Source: Myxococcota bacterium
Lineage (GTDB): Bacteria; Myxococcota_A; UBA9160; UBA4427
DNA length: 64,000 nucleotides
Assembly: GCA_965250285.1 (NCBI GenBank)
Contig: OZ252299.1
Coordinates: forward strand, 3,712,001-3,776,000
Direction of reading: 5' to 3'
Under the pieces are notes generated by a model. The model was not told where the DNA came from and made no database searches. It was given only the letters and a program-made list of their open reading frames with translations. This document shows, one piece after another, positions 32,075 through 43,239 of the stretch (positions are counted from its first letter, which is position 1; each line of letters starts with the position of its first letter). Position numbers and translations under genes: made by a program.

Positions 32075-32305
32075 CACTCGATGGCCGACGTCATCTGGAC
32101 GGTGAAGGCGCACCGACTCGACGAGGCGGGTTACCCGTTCGCAGCGTCGTTCCCGTGGCTCCGCGCCTGGTTCGATCGCGCGCGGTCTCGGAACAGCGAC
32201 CGCGAGGCGATCGGCCGAGACCTCGGTGCGGCTTCGCGCTTCATGCGCGTGCGGGGAGCCGTGCAGAACATGCTCGGCCGCGGGCTGCGCAGCGCGGCGG
32301 GCTGA
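32075..32305 (+). pseudogene. Probable C-terminal remnant of a GST-family gene
   Basis: HSMADVIW..RL..GYPF...FPWLRAWFDR resembles GST C-terminal helices; upstream frame shows no GST N-domain. Confidence 0.4.
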
Positions 32306-32382
32306 GCGAGAGGCCACGGCCCCGAGACGCCGCGCAGCGGGGTGCGCGGGTGGGCTTGCTTCGGCGCGCGTCCTGTGATTCA

Positions 32383-32400
32383 TTCAACCATATGGTTGAA
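32383..32400. promoter_or_regulatory. ArsR operator palindrome overlapping start codon
   Basis: Perfect 18-bp palindrome TTCAACCATATGGTTGAA containing ATG 32392. Confidence 0.75.
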
Positions 32401-32733
32401 CATTCGACGGTTCTCGATCGCACCTTCGCTGCGCTCTCCGACCCGACGCGGCGCGCGATCCTGTCTCGGCTTCGCGCGGGTCCGTGCACGGTCAGCACGT
32501 TGGCCGAGCCCTTCGACATCAGCCTGGCCGCGGTCTCGAAGCACCTGCGCGCGCTCGAGCGTGCGGGCCTGGTCGCCCGGGCCGTCGAAGGGCGCGAGCA
32601 CCACCTCTCTCTCGATGCGAACCCGCTGCGCGCCGCGGCCGAGTGGACGGCCGAGTACCGCGACTTCTGGTCGGATCGACTCGACGCCCTCGAGGCCATG
32701 CTCGAGCAGACCGATCCGCGAAGGAGTCGCTGA
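32392..32733 (+). CDS. ArsR/SmtB family regulator
   Basis: FAALSDPTRRAIL...SLAAVSKHLRALERAGLV...FWSDRLDAL. Confidence 0.92.
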   Translation: MVEHSTVLDRTFAALSDPTRRAILSRLRAGPCTVSTLAEPFDISLAAVSKHLRALERAGLVARAVEGREHHLSLDANPLRAAAEWTAEYRDFWSDRLDALEAMLEQTDPRRSR

Positions 32734-33167
32734 TGGCGCGCCCCCCGCTCGTCTTCGAACGCATCCTGCCGGCCCCGCCCGACGTGGTGTTTCGGCACTG
32801 GAGCGACCCCGAGCACCTGTCGAAGTGGATGCGCCCCGAGCCGACGATGAGCGAAGCCAAGGTCGAGGTCGACTTTCGTGTGGGCGGGCACTTTCGCATC
32901 ACGATGGTGGGTGAGCAGGAGTACACGCAGCACGGCGAGTACCTCGAGATCGAACCCGACGCGCGCATCGTCTTCAGCTGGGTCTCCGAGTGGATGCCGC
33001 CCGGCGAGCAATCAACCCGGGTCAGCGTGTCGCTCTCGCCGGTGGGCGACAGCGAGACCCGACTCGAGCTCGTGCACGAGGCGCTGCCCGACGGCGACGC
33101 CTACGCCGGCCACGAAGGAGGCTGGAATCACATCCTCGACGATCTGGCCAAGCACCTCGTCGACTGA
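32733..33167 (+). CDS. SRPBCC/AHSA1 domain protein
   Basis: TGATG coupling; VFRHWSDPE, DFRVGG, HEGGW. Confidence 0.9.
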   Translation: MARPPLVFERILPAPPDVVFRHWSDPEHLSKWMRPEPTMSEAKVEVDFRVGGHFRITMVGEQEYTQHGEYLEIEPDARIVFSWVSEWMPPGEQSTRVSVSLSPVGDSETRLELVHEALPDGDAYAGHEGGWNHILDDLAKHLVD

Positions 33168-33188
33168 GCATCGATCGGAGACACGACC

Positions 33189-33827
33189 ATGAGCCAAGCG
33201 ACCGACCTCGATCTACGCGAAGCGCTCCGCCAGGCAGAGGTCGCACTGCGCGATCAGCGCGAACGCGTCGCCGAGCTGCGCCGCGCGCTGCCCCGTGACA
33301 CCCCGACCGAGGACTACGTGTTCGAAGAGCGCGTCGGCGACGACGTGCGCACCGTTCGGCTCTCGGAGCTGTTCTCGGGTGATGCCAAGCCGGTCGTGTT
33401 GATGCACTTCATGTACGGCAAGGCCCAGACCTCGCCCTGCCCGATGTGCACGATGTGGGCCGACGGGTACGTCGGCGCCGTGCCGCACCTGTCGCGACGC
33501 ATCGACTTCGCCATCCTCGTGGCCGGCGACCTCGACGGCTTTCACGCCCACGCTGCGCGGCGTGGCTGGCAGGGCGTGCGGATCCTCTCGGCGGCCGACA
33601 GCACGATCAAGCGCGAGCTCGGCTTCGAGAACGAGGCCGGGGGCCAGATGCCGGGCGTGTCGGTCTTCGAGCGCGACGAGTCGGGAAAGCTCACGCACTT
33701 CTACTCGGTCTGCGCGTTCGGTCCCGACGGTGGTCGCATGATGGATCTGCTCTCGCCGGTCTGGAACTTCCTCGACCTGACGCCCGAGGGCCGAGGCGAC
33801 TTCATGCCGAGCCTGCAGTACGACTGA
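33189..33827 (+). CDS. DUF899 thioredoxin-like protein
   Basis: VAELRRALP, LSELF, HFMYG, CPMC, LDLTPEGR. Confidence 0.9.
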   Translation: MSQATDLDLREALRQAEVALRDQRERVAELRRALPRDTPTEDYVFEERVGDDVRTVRLSELFSGDAKPVVLMHFMYGKAQTSPCPMCTMWADGYVGAVPHLSRRIDFAILVAGDLDGFHAHAARRGWQGVRILSAADSTIKRELGFENEAGGQMPGVSVFERDESGKLTHFYSVCAFGPDGGRMMDLLSPVWNFLDLTPEGRGDFMPSLQYD

Positions 33828-34318
33828 GCCTCTGATCCGGGTGCCTGCGCTTGCAAGCGCGCGGCAGCCCGCCGTGAGAAAGCAAGATCCCGCCCCGCGG
33901 AGATCGCGGAGTGAGCTCGCATGCTTCGTTCGCGAGTCGATCCTGCGACGTGCCGATGAAGTCGATCCCGGACGAAAGCGCGCAGGATCATGCACACCCG
34001 GCGGGGGATACGGAGCATCGAGAGGGCTCTCCCCCTCACCCGAACGAGCAGCCGCGTGAGCGCGACGACGAGGATCGTTGCGAGGCCGCGCGAGAAACGG
34101 ACGGATGCGAACCGCTCGAATTCGTCGGGCACGGTGTCATCCAAGCGCAACCCTTCACGCACGCTTCGATGCAGCGGGCCGCAGCGAAGCGCCGTGCCTC
34201 GGGCGACGGTCGATGCTACGTGTCGGCCGCCGCCGACCGCATGATCGCATCTCGCGAGACGAGAGCGCTCTCAGGCCGGTCCTAAACCTGCACCGCCCGA
34301 GACTGAATTGGGGTTATC

Positions 34319-35311
34319 ATGACCCCGTCTCAGAATCGGTACGGCCAGGGCTCGACGCGGAGAGGGATCGGCATGATGAGCAGGGTGGTTCCTGCGTGGC
34401 TCCGCCGGCGTTCTGAAGCCTTCTTGACGCGTCTTCAGCCCCGTTTCGACGCCATTGGCAGTCCGCTCTTCCGCATCGCTTCCGACGACTTCAATCGTCG
34501 CCCGAGCGCAGAGGCCGTCAGAGCATCCGACACACCGTCCATCGAATCGACCCTCGAACGTCTCGATGCACGCGGCGCCTCGATGTGGGTCGTCACGACG
34601 TTCGATCGGCCCGAAGCGTGTGGAAGGGTGATCGACGGGCTCCGCCGCAGTGCGCCGTCGCTCGACGAGAAGCCTCTGGTCGTCGTCATCTGCGACGCAT
34701 GTGATGCGGACTACGGGGACGTGCGCAACTCGCTGCAGCGGGGATTCGGCGAGCGCGGTGTCTTCATCGAAGCCACACGGCACCTCGGGAAGAAGGAATT
34801 CTGGCGGATCCACCAGCTCATCTTCGATCTGGTGCGCGTGTATCGGCCATCGTCGGTGCTTCAGCTGCAAGACGACGTCGAGCTGATTCCAGGCGGGCTC
34901 GAGAGCGCGCGTGCGATCCTCGATCATCTCGGCGAGCCCGCCGTGGCTGCGCTCTCGCTGTTTCCGGGCGCCGAAGATGATCCCGCTGGACGTTGGATCC
35001 GATTCGAGCGCGAAGCGACCCCGTGTGGACGGGCCTGGCTCACGCAGTGGCTGGATCTGCCCGGCTTTCTGGCGACCCCCAGATTCTTCGAGGCGCTCGA
35101 GTACCGACTGCGCCCGATTCACGCTCTGCGCTGGGCGTTCGACTCGACCAAATCGAGCGGAGTGGGGCGCCAGATCACCCGCCGCCTGCGTGCCCACGAC
35201 GTGGGGTTGTATCAGGTGGTCCGGCCCCTCGTCCTGCACGGCAGCGAGCCGAGCCGAATGAACCCGGAGGCGCGCTCGCTGCGGCCGATGAACAATCGCG
35301 CGGACGCGTAG
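34319..35311 (+). CDS. Hypothetical protein, GT-A glycosyltransferase-like
   Basis: VVTTFDRP, ICDA, LQLQDD; start uncertain. Confidence 0.5.
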   Translation: MTPSQNRYGQGSTRRGIGMMSRVVPAWLRRRSEAFLTRLQPRFDAIGSPLFRIASDDFNRRPSAEAVRASDTPSIESTLERLDARGASMWVVTTFDRPEACGRVIDGLRRSAPSLDEKPLVVVICDACDADYGDVRNSLQRGFGERGVFIEATRHLGKKEFWRIHQLIFDLVRVYRPSSVLQLQDDVELIPGGLESARAILDHLGEPAVAALSLFPGAEDDPAGRWIRFEREATPCGRAWLTQWLDLPGFLATPRFFEALEYRLRPIHALRWAFDSTKSSGVGRQITRRLRAHDVGLYQVVRPLVLHGSEPSRMNPEARSLRPMNNRADA

Positions 35312-35470
35312 GGCTTGGCCCGAGGCTGGCCCGGCGGTCGAAGCGACCGGGCGCACAGCTCGGGCACGGTGCGCGCCCGGCCACGGCGGACCATGGGTCG
35401 CTCAAGAGGGCCTCGGGCGTCGCGCCGCAGACCGCTTGGATCTTCGCCACCCCGCATCTCGGGAGACTCG

Positions 35471-36724
35471 ATGATGAGCGATCCTGACCGCTTCGATCCC
35501 GACCGCGGCAGCGAGTACGAAGTGGTGCTCGACCGCGCTGGCACGCGCACGGCCGCACACCCGACCCGCCCCGAGATCAGGCTTCTCGACCCCGAGTTCT
35601 ATGTCGACCCCGAGCCGCTCTTCGCGTGGATGCGCAGCAAAGCGCCCGTCTACTGGGACGACGCCACCGGCATCTGGGGCATCACCCGCTACGCCGACAT
35701 CATGACCGTCTCGCGCGACGCGGCGACGTTCTGCTCGGGCCAGGGGTCGCGGCCCGAGTCGTCGGTGCCGAGCATGATCAACACCGATCCCCCCGATCAC
35801 AACCGGCGACGGGGCATCGTCTCGGCCGGCTTCACGCCGCGGCGCGTGCAGGCCCACGAGCGGTTCCTGCGGCAGAAGGTCGGCGAGCTGATCGAGGCGG
35901 TATCGAAGCGCGGGGCGTGCGACTTCGTCCGCGAGATCGCGACGCCCCTGCCGATGTGCATGATCGGCGAGCTGATGGGTCTGCCCGAAGCCGACTACGA
36001 CAAGCTGCTCGAATGGTCGGATCTCTTCGCGACCGGCGGCGACGAGATCCGCGGTGAGGTGGGCCCGGCCGTCGTCGACTACGCCGACTACATCATGGCG
36101 ATCATCGAGGCGCGCCGGGGCAGCTCGAGCGACGATCTCGTCAGCCTCGTCGTGAATGCCGAGTTCGAGGGCCAGCGCCTCACCGACCCCGACCTGATCT
36201 TCGAGACGATGCTGATCCTCGTGGGCGGCGACGAGACGACCCGCCACGTGATCTCCGGCGGCCTCGAAGCCCTGATGCGTCACCGAGATCAGTGGGATGC
36301 GCTGCGCGAAGACCGGTCGCTGTTGCCGGGTGCGATCGAAGAGATGCTGCGCTGGGCGACGCCGATCCAGAACATGAACCGCACGGCGACCCGAGACGTC
36401 GAGCTCGGCGGGCAGACGATTCGCGAGGGCGACCGACTGCTGCTGCTCTATCCGTCGGGCAACCGCGATGAAGACGTCTTCGATGATCCGGCGCGCTTCG
36501 ACATCCGACGCCAACCCAACCAGCACATGGCCTTCGGTGGCTACGGACGCCATCACTGTCTCGGTGCCCAGCTGGCGCGCCTCGAGCTCACCGTGCTCTT
36601 CGATGAGTTGCTCGACCGAATGCCCGACATCGAGCTCGCCGATCCCGGCGCGCCGCTCGTGCGCCGTCGAGGCAACTTCGTGCTCGGGCTCGAGACGCTG
36701 CCCGTCGTGTTCGGGGTCGCGTAG
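35471..36724 (+). CDS. Cytochrome P450 (resembles CYP142/125-like group)
   Basis: [26 protein letters not shown]. Confidence 0.93.
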   Translation: MMSDPDRFDPDRGSEYEVVLDRAGTRTAAHPTRPEIRLLDPEFYVDPEPLFAWMRSKAPVYWDDATGIWGITRYADIMTVSRDAATFCSGQGSRPESSVPSMINTDPPDHNRRRGIVSAGFTPRRVQAHERFLRQKVGELIEAVSKRGACDFVREIATPLPMCMIGELMGLPEADYDKLLEWSDLFATGGDEIRGEVGPAVVDYADYIMAIIEARRGSSSDDLVSLVVNAEFEGQRLTDPDLIFETMLILVGGDETTRHVISGGLEALMRHRDQWDALREDRSLLPGAIEEMLRWATPIQNMNRTATRDVELGGQTIREGDRLLLLYPSGNRDEDVFDDPARFDIRRQPNQHMAFGGYGRHHCLGAQLARLELTVLFDELLDRMPDIELADPGAPLVRRRGNFVLGLETLPVVFGVA

Positions 36725-36875
36725 CGAGGGGCTCGGCGCGGGCGGCGGCGTCACGCGGCTTCCGAATCATCCTTCGAACGCGCTGTGGCGGACCGGGTCG
36801 GCGCCCTGCCATGATGCAGGCCTGACCGGACCCGTTTCTGGGTCACGTCCGACACGCGACCGGAATCGAACCCCC

Positions 36876-38357
36876 ATGACACTCACGCCGCAGTTCGAAG
36901 CGACCTACGCCCGACTCCCCGAGCGGTTCTTTGCTCGCCTGGCCCCGACGCCGGTCGCTGCACCGAGCCTCGTGAGGCTGAACGAGCCGCTGGCACGCGA
37001 GCTCGGCCTCGACCCCGAGCAACTCGCGTCCCCGGACGGCGTAGCGATGCTGGCGGGCAACGCCGTGCCCGAAGGCGCCGAGCCGATCGCGATGGCGTAC
37101 GCGGGGTTCCAGTTCGGCAACTGGACACCCCAGCTCGGCGATGGCCGCGCGATCCTGATCGGCGAGCGCGTCGGGGCCGACGGCGTGCGACGCGACGTCC
37201 AGCTCAAGGGCTCCGGACCGACGCCGTATTCGCGACGCGGCGACGGACGTGCCGCGCTCGGGCCGGTCCTGCGCGAGTACATCGTCAGCGAAGCGATGTG
37301 GGCGCTCGGTGTTCCGACGACCCGCTCGCTCGCGGCGGTCGCCACCGGCGAGTCGATCATGCGCGAACAGCCCGAGCCCGGCGCGGTACTGACGCGCGTG
37401 GCCGAGAGCCACGTGCGGGTCGGCACGTTTCAGCTGCTGGCGAGCCGCAGCGATGAAGAGGGGCTTCGCGCGCTCGCCGACTATGTCATCGAGCGCCACT
37501 TCCCCGAGGCGGCCGAGACCGAGCACCCCTACCTCACGATGTTCGAGACGGTGCTCGACCGGCAGGCCCGGCTCATCGCGCGCTGGCAGAGCATCGGCTT
37601 CATCCATGGCGTGATGAACACCGACAATACATCGGTCGTCGGTGAGACGATCGACTACGGCCCGTGCGCCTTCATGGACACGTTCGGCTACGACACGGTC
37701 TACAGCTCGATCGATCAGATGGGTCGCTACGCGTACGGCAATCAGCCCGCCATCGGCCAATGGAACCTGATGAGCTTCGCGAACGGCCTGCTGCCCGTGC
37801 TGGGCGCCTCGCAGGAGGAAGCAGTCGAACGCGCTCAGGGGGTGCTCGACCTGTACCCAGCCCGCTTCGACGCGGCGTATCGCGCGGGGTTCGACCGCAA
37901 GCTCGGGCTGAGCGGGCGCCGCGAGGGCGACGACGCCCTCGCAGATGACCTGCTCGAGATCATGGCCGCCCAGGGTGCGGACTTCACGCTCACGTTTCGC
38001 GGTCTCGGCGAGCTCGTCGAAGGCGCCGAGGGCCCCGACGAGGTCGTTCGCTCGCTCTTCGACGACCCTGCGGCGTTCGATGCGTGGGCCACGCGTTGGC
38101 GCGCGCGCCTCTCCGACGAGGCACGATCTTCGACCGAGATTCGGCGCGACATGGATGCCGTGAACCCCGTCTACATCCCGCGCAATCATCGCGTCGAAGA
38201 GGCAATTCGCGGCGCCGTCGACCGCGCTGACCTCGGCCCGTTCGAAGATCTCATCGCGGTGCTGTCGAAACCGTACGAGCGACAGCCCGGTCGCGAGCGG
38301 TACGAAGCGCCGCCGCGCCCCGACGAGGTGGTGCACGCGACCTTCTGCGGCACCTGA
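36876..38357 (+). CDS. selO: Protein adenylyltransferase SelO/YdiU
   Basis: [44 protein letters not shown]-terminal TFCGT. Confidence 0.93.
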   Translation: MTLTPQFEATYARLPERFFARLAPTPVAAPSLVRLNEPLARELGLDPEQLASPDGVAMLAGNAVPEGAEPIAMAYAGFQFGNWTPQLGDGRAILIGERVGADGVRRDVQLKGSGPTPYSRRGDGRAALGPVLREYIVSEAMWALGVPTTRSLAAVATGESIMREQPEPGAVLTRVAESHVRVGTFQLLASRSDEEGLRALADYVIERHFPEAAETEHPYLTMFETVLDRQARLIARWQSIGFIHGVMNTDNTSVVGETIDYGPCAFMDTFGYDTVYSSIDQMGRYAYGNQPAIGQWNLMSFANGLLPVLGASQEEAVERAQGVLDLYPARFDAAYRAGFDRKLGLSGRREGDDALADDLLEIMAAQGADFTLTFRGLGELVEGAEGPDEVVRSLFDDPAAFDAWATRWRARLSDEARSSTEIRRDMDAVNPVYIPRNHRVEEAIRGAVDRADLGPFEDLIAVLSKPYERQPGRERYEAPPRPDEVVHATFCGT

Positions 38358-38652
38358 TCCCGAGCTTCTGACCAAACGCATACGCAGCGCGCATGCATGC
38401 TCTGCGCCTTCGGGCGAAACGGCACGCGTGCACACGCGATTCGAGCGGGGTCGTGAGCGGATGCGCACACGCGCACGACACGGAAAGCGCCCGGGTCAGC
38501 CCGCGAATCGTGATAGGCTCACGAGCGACGAATCGCCCCGCGGCATGGACCAGGTCGTCGGGTGCCCCATGACACGCAAGCGTCTTGGTGAGACCAACTT
38601 CGGTTGGCCGCCCCTCGCTTGCGTGCATGCAGCCAGCAGGAAGAAGCAGAAG

Positions 38653-39222
38653 ATGCAGTCGATCCCGAGCAAGACGTGGAACATGCGAGCCGCCGTCCTC
38701 ATTCTGATGCTGGCCGGGTCGGCGGGCCTCACTTCGACGGCCGAGGCGTTCCCATCGATCCGCAACGCCTGGAAGGCGCAGTACCCCGGCTCGACCACCG
38801 ATGACAACGTGCAGGCGGGCACCGGCGCCGAGTGCCAGATCTGCCACCGCTTACCGGGGGGAGGCAACGGCTGGAACCCGTACGGCTGGCAGGTGCGCCA
38901 GGGCGTCGTCGGGAGCGGCCTTTCCGCGACCGATGCGATCATCGCGGCCGAGGTCTTCGACTCGGATCTCGATCCGACCGGCTCGACGAACATCGCCGAG
39001 ATCAACGCGGGCACTCAACCCGGGTGGACTCCGGGGGCGAGCAACACGATCTTCTTCAAGAACGGAACGACGCTCGTTGCGCAGTCCCCGCCCCCGATCG
39101 CCGGTGACCTCGATCCGACGGCGACGCCCGTGCCGATCGCCGGCCCGTGGGCGCAGGGCCTTCTCGTGCTCGCGATGGGGCTGCTCGGCTCGGTCGCGCT
39201 GCGACGTCGGCGAGTGGCGTAG
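38653..39222 (+). CDS. Secreted CxxCH protein with IPTL/PEP-CTERM-like sorting tail
   Basis: Signal peptide, CQICH, NPYG, DSDLD...NIAEINAGTQPG, VPIAGPW-TM-RRRR; alternative start 38683. Confidence 0.7.
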   Translation: MQSIPSKTWNMRAAVLILMLAGSAGLTSTAEAFPSIRNAWKAQYPGSTTDDNVQAGTGAECQICHRLPGGGNGWNPYGWQVRQGVVGSGLSATDAIIAAEVFDSDLDPTGSTNIAEINAGTQPGWTPGASNTIFFKNGTTLVAQSPPPIAGDLDPTATPVPIAGPWAQGLLVLAMGLLGSVALRRRRVA

Positions 39223-39229
39223 TCACCGA

Positions 39230-39248
39230 CGCCGGGCTCAGCCCGGCG
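39230..39248. terminator. Hairpin between convergent genes
   Basis: CGCCGGGC-TCA-GCCCGGCG, 8-bp GC stem, no U-tract. Confidence 0.35.
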
Positions 39249-41265
39249 GATCGATCCAGATCGGCGACGACCAGGCGCGTTCGCGAATCGTCGCGGGCAC
39301 GCGCGGGTCGGGATCGCGCCCGAGCCGAATCGCATCGTACGTCGACCAGCGGCACGTCGGATTCTGCAAGACGCGAACGTAATAGAAGGCGCCTCGACTC
39401 GGGTCGTAGTCTTCATCCTGCCAGGCGGCCATCAGCTCACCGGCGCCGAGGCCAGCCTGCGGGCGGCAGTTCGCGAGATCGACCGAGGCGCCGTTGTCGG
39501 GGCATCGACGCGTCACGGGGTCGACCTCGAGCCCATCCGAACAGACGACGTCCTGCACCGACTCGTGCGTCTCGCCCGCCTCGTCGATCCACCCCTTCAC
39601 GACCTGAACGCGTTGCAAGGGTGCGCTCATCCAGTCGGCACCGGCCCAGACGAAGAAGGTCGGGCTCTCGTCGCCGACCTGGTTGAGCCGCAAGACACCG
39701 CCCATCGGAACCCCGCCATTGGTGGCGACGGCGACGGGCTCGCTCTCGCCGACGATCGACTCGTCGAAACCGAAGCCCGCGAAGAACCGCAGCGTGATGC
39801 GGGGACCGGATGTGGCGTAGGCTTCGCGGCGCTTCATGCCTTCGAAGATCGAGTCGCGGGTGTTCTCTTCGGCCCAGACCGCAGCGAGCCCGCCCGAACC
39901 GTGATCTTGCAGGATGCCCTGGTGCGGCTTCGCACCCGGCTGCGTGCGCAGCCTCCGCACCGCCGGTGAACCGACGGCGCCGACCTTGCCCGTGAAGTCC
40001 CACTCCTCGGCGTCCCCGGGGTTCGAGTTGTGGGCGTCGGTCGCGGCGACGAAGCCGAAAGCGAGGGGGTTGAAGCCGAGCTCGCGATCGAGCTGCATCC
40101 CGATCTTGAGACCCTGTCGGGCGAACGACGACTCGAAGGCGCAGCCTGAATCCTGCCCCGGCTCGCAGGGCTCGAGCACCTGCTCGAACGCGCACTCTTC
40201 GTCGGTCGCCCCGACACCGAGTGCGCACTCGGAGGCGCCCTTCACCTGATACATCTCGGCCAGAGGTTCATGCCGCTTGCGCAAGCGCCAGGCATCACTG
40301 TCATACGCTCCGCCGTCCCACGTATGGCGGCTGTAGAAGAGACCCCACCCCTTGTTCATGTTGTGCGGAATCGTCAGGAAATCGCAGTCACCGGTGCACG
40401 CCGCCTCGAGCCCGCGCCACAGCTCGACGGCATTGGGGACGTCCTGGGACGAGATCGCACGTTCGGGCAGCGCATCGCCGTTGAAGATCACGTTGCGATG
40501 GTGCTTGCCCGCGCCGTCGAGGACGGGCGAGAACTCGTAGGCCGCAAATGTGGTGAACACGCCGGGCTCGTTGTGCTCGTCGGCGAGCGACTTGTAGCGT
40601 GCCCAATCCGAGCGGCTGTCGCGCACGCATCGCTCCATCCCGCCCTCTCCCCGAGTGCAGATGGGGAACGCGGCCAGCGAACGCGGTGTGCGGGATCGAT
40701 TCTGATACACGCCGGCCGGCACACTCGGATCGGGCGCGAAGTCGCCCCCCCGGCTTTGGCGCTGCATTAGGAAGAAGGCGGTCATCCAACCCGGCGTCTC
40801 CATGAGCCAGCAGTTGACCTGCTCGAGCAGCGTGGTGTCGTCGTCACCGCATCGCGTGCGCAGGCCGAAGCCCTCGGCGTGGTCGGTGATCGCGACGAAG
40901 TCGAGGGGCCGCGAGAGCTGCATGAGCTCCCCGCCCGCGCTGCGTAGGGGCTCGCCCCGCGCGAACGCGTAGGCATCTTCGACGCTGGCCGTCGTGCCGA
41001 AGAGCACGGCGTCGAGGCTCTCGACCGTGTGCACGTGCACCTCGCCCCAATAGACGTTCTTGAGCTCGTCGTAGGGTCGGGGCTCGAGCACCTCGGGTGT
41101 CGGGATCTCGATCCGGCTGTCGTCCTGCAGTGCGAGGTCACCCGGTGCAGTGGCGGGCACGATGGCCTGCGACAGCTCGTACACCGGCCGCAGGACGAAC
41201 CAGCCGATGATCCCCACGACGAGCAGGGTGAGTGCGCCTGCCCCGAGCACGATCCGCTTCAGCAC
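39238..41265 (-). CDS. DUF3604 domain protein (PHP-like metallohydrolase)
   Basis: GTG with SD GGAGG; YWGEVHVHT, PLDFVAITDHAE, HRNVIF, IPHN, ATSGPR, RERAWSSPIW. Confidence 0.88.
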   Translation of the reverse strand: MLKRIVLGAGALTLLVVGIIGWFVLRPVYELSQAIVPATAPGDLALQDDSRIEIPTPEVLEPRPYDELKNVYWGEVHVHTVESLDAVLFGTTASVEDAYAFARGEPLRSAGGELMQLSRPLDFVAITDHAEGFGLRTRCGDDDTTLLEQVNCWLMETPGWMTAFFLMQRQSRGGDFAPDPSVPAGVYQNRSRTPRSLAAFPICTRGEGGMERCVRDSRSDWARYKSLADEHNEPGVFTTFAAYEFSPVLDGAGKHHRNVIFNGDALPERAISSQDVPNAVELWRGLEAACTGDCDFLTIPHNMNKGWGLFYSRHTWDGGAYDSDAWRLRKRHEPLAEMYQVKGASECALGVGATDEECAFEQVLEPCEPGQDSGCAFESSFARQGLKIGMQLDRELGFNPLAFGFVAATDAHNSNPGDAEEWDFTGKVGAVGSPAVRRLRTQPGAKPHQGILQDHGSGGLAAVWAEENTRDSIFEGMKRREAYATSGPRITLRFFAGFGFDESIVGESEPVAVATNGGVPMGGVLRLNQVGDESPTFFVWAGADWMSAPLQRVQVVKGWIDEAGETHESVQDVVCSDGLEVDPVTRRCPDNGASVDLANCRPQAGLGAGELMAAWQDEDYDPSRGAFYYVRVLQNPTCRWSTYDAIRLGRDPDPRVPATIRERAWSSPIWIDPPG

Positions 41266-41416
41266 CGAAGACGCCCTCCTCCGCGACGTCCTCCTCGCCA
41301 GACACGGCTCGGGGCGACGCGAACGGTGACCACGCGATGCGTTCACATATCACATCTGACGATGTCATCGGCGCCGAACTCGCGCCGTCGCTGCTTCGGA
41401 ACGAGGGCGAGGCCCC

Positions 41417-42940
41417 TCACACCTCGCCGGAGTAGGCCTCGCAGAGATTCCAGAGGCGCGCGCGGTCTTCGTCGGATTCACGCGTCCACGGAAGGAGGTG
41501 CGTCTTTCGCGCACGGCGATCGAAGTAGAACCGACCGCTCTCGATCGTTTCGCTGTCGCTCGCCGCGAGCCACACGACCGTATCGGCCCCCTCCGCCGGC
41601 GAGCGCAGGATCGCCTCGGTGACCCGGTGAAAGGTGGGGAGCGACGAGGCGACGGCTGGGGTGTCGGCCCAGCCCGGGTGCATCGACGTCACGGTGACGC
41701 CCTCGGCCTCGAGTCGCTCGGCCCACATCTCGGCCAGCACGACCTGCGCGCGCTTCGTCTCGGCGTAGGCGAGCACGCCGTCGTAGTCGCGCCGCGACCA
41801 ATCGGGATCGTCGAGGTTCAGCGCTCGCGTGTACATCCCCCCGGACGAGACCCAGATCAAGCGACCATCGGACGACGCCGCGAGCCGGTTCTGGAGCATC
41901 CGCGTCAGCAGGTAGGGGCCGATGCAGTGCGTCGCCCAGGTCAGCTCGATGCGTTGCGGCGACAAGACGCGCATGTCGGGCAGCACCCCGGCGTTGTGCA
42001 CCAGCACGTCGACGGGCGACTCAGCCAGCCGCTTGCCCGCTGCACGCACCGAGTCGAGATCGCTCATGTCGACCACCTCGAGATGCACCGCCGCGTTGCC
42101 GGTGCGGGCCCGAATCTCTTCGACGGCGGCGCGCCCTCGCCCCTCGCTCCGGCAGAGCAATACGACCTCGGCACCGAGATCGGCCAGCGCCTCCGCGGTC
42201 GAGCGGCCGATGCCCGAGTTGGCGCCGCTCACGAGACATCGCCGTCCGCTGAGATCGACCTCGAGGTCGTCGGGCTCGAACGTGAGCGAGTGGATGCGAT
42301 AGCCGGTGCGATCGAATGAGCCGACGATCAGCGGGTCGACGACCCGCGAGAGCGCCTCGCCGACGATGCGCTGCGCGCGTGACACCTCGATGCGCTCGTC
42401 GAGGCTGGGTGCATCGCGATCGAGCGCCGCGAGAATGTCCTCCGGGCGGGCGTGGTCACCCGCGACCTCGCTTCGATGGCTGAACGTCAGGCGCCCACCG
42501 GGTTGGATCACGAAGGCGCCGCCGAGCTGCCAGGGGTCGCCCTGGACGCCTTCCTGGCGATGCCCCGCGGCCAGCGCGCGCCCGGCATTCACGGCGAGGC
42601 GCGGTGACAGCACCTCGACGCGGCCGCGCCGCAGCCCCGCGGCGCGATAGGCGCGCAGCTCGGGGTCGACCAGGAGCGGGCCCTCGAGTGCGAAATCCTC
42701 ACGAAACGCCTCGGCGAAGGAGCGAGCGCCGTTGCCGACGATGACCAGCTCGGCGCCTTGTTTTTGGATCTCGGGAAGGGCGTCGCGCAACTGCGCGACC
42801 TGCTCGCGGCAGAACAGTCAGCCGAAGTGGCGCAAGAAGACCAGGACCGCCGGGCGGTCACGCCAGTACGAGCCCAGCGCGAAGCGGTCGCCCGCCGCGT
42901 CTTCGAGCTCGATCGGCGTGAGTTGGCGCACGATGTCCAC
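41417..42940 (-). CDS. Selenoprotein: Prx-like (AhpC/TSA-2, SelL/SelU-related) UxxC domain fused to DHRS12-like SDR
   Basis: GTG 42940 with SD GGAG; in-frame TGA 42818-42820 in VFLRHFG-U-LFCRE; then LVDPE, QLGGAFV; SDR SGANSGIG, HNAG, YAETK, MHPGWADT. 507 aa. Confidence 0.85.
42782..42812 (-). promoter_or_regulatory. Candidate bacterial SECIS element
   Basis: Just 3' of UGA: CUGC(C)GCGA-GCAGG-UCGCGCAG hairpin; alternative GUCGCGC-AGUU-GCGCGAC. Confidence 0.5.
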
Positions 42941-43065
42941 GGTCGACTCCAGTCGGTGAACCAGGCAGATGCCGGCCGCGGCCCGAAGGTCACGCTCCGA
43001 CCCCCGGGCCGGCGCTGAGGATCGTCTCGAGCGCCGGGCCGCGGCGACGCGGCGAAGCAGCCGCT

Positions 43066-43239
43066 CTACGCCACGCGTCGCAGCCTTCGCGATCGCTCGC
43101 CGCGGCTGTGCTGCGCGCGGACCCGCACTTTGGCCGTCTGCGTGCGCGCCAGGTAGCGCTCACGCAGAAACACGTAGGCGCCGCCGAAGGCGATGAACGA
43201 GATCGCCACCCCGAACGTGAGGATCTGCATGTCATTCAT
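43066..43239 (-). CDS. Small single-TM protein (57 aa)
   Basis: SD GGGAG, overlaps upstream stop; ILTFGVAISFIAFGGAYVFLRE. Confidence 0.6.
   Translation of the reverse strand: MNDMQILTFGVAISFIAFGGAYVFLRERYLARTQTAKVRVRAQHSRGERSRRLRRVA

Noticed and set aside
33701..34285. ORFs between the DUF899 and GT-like genes
   Set aside because: No frame is convincingly coding; possibly decayed sequence.
36876..38357. SelO as a selenoprotein
   Set aside because: Ends in FCGT then TGA, the usual bacterial Cys form; the TGA is a normal stop.
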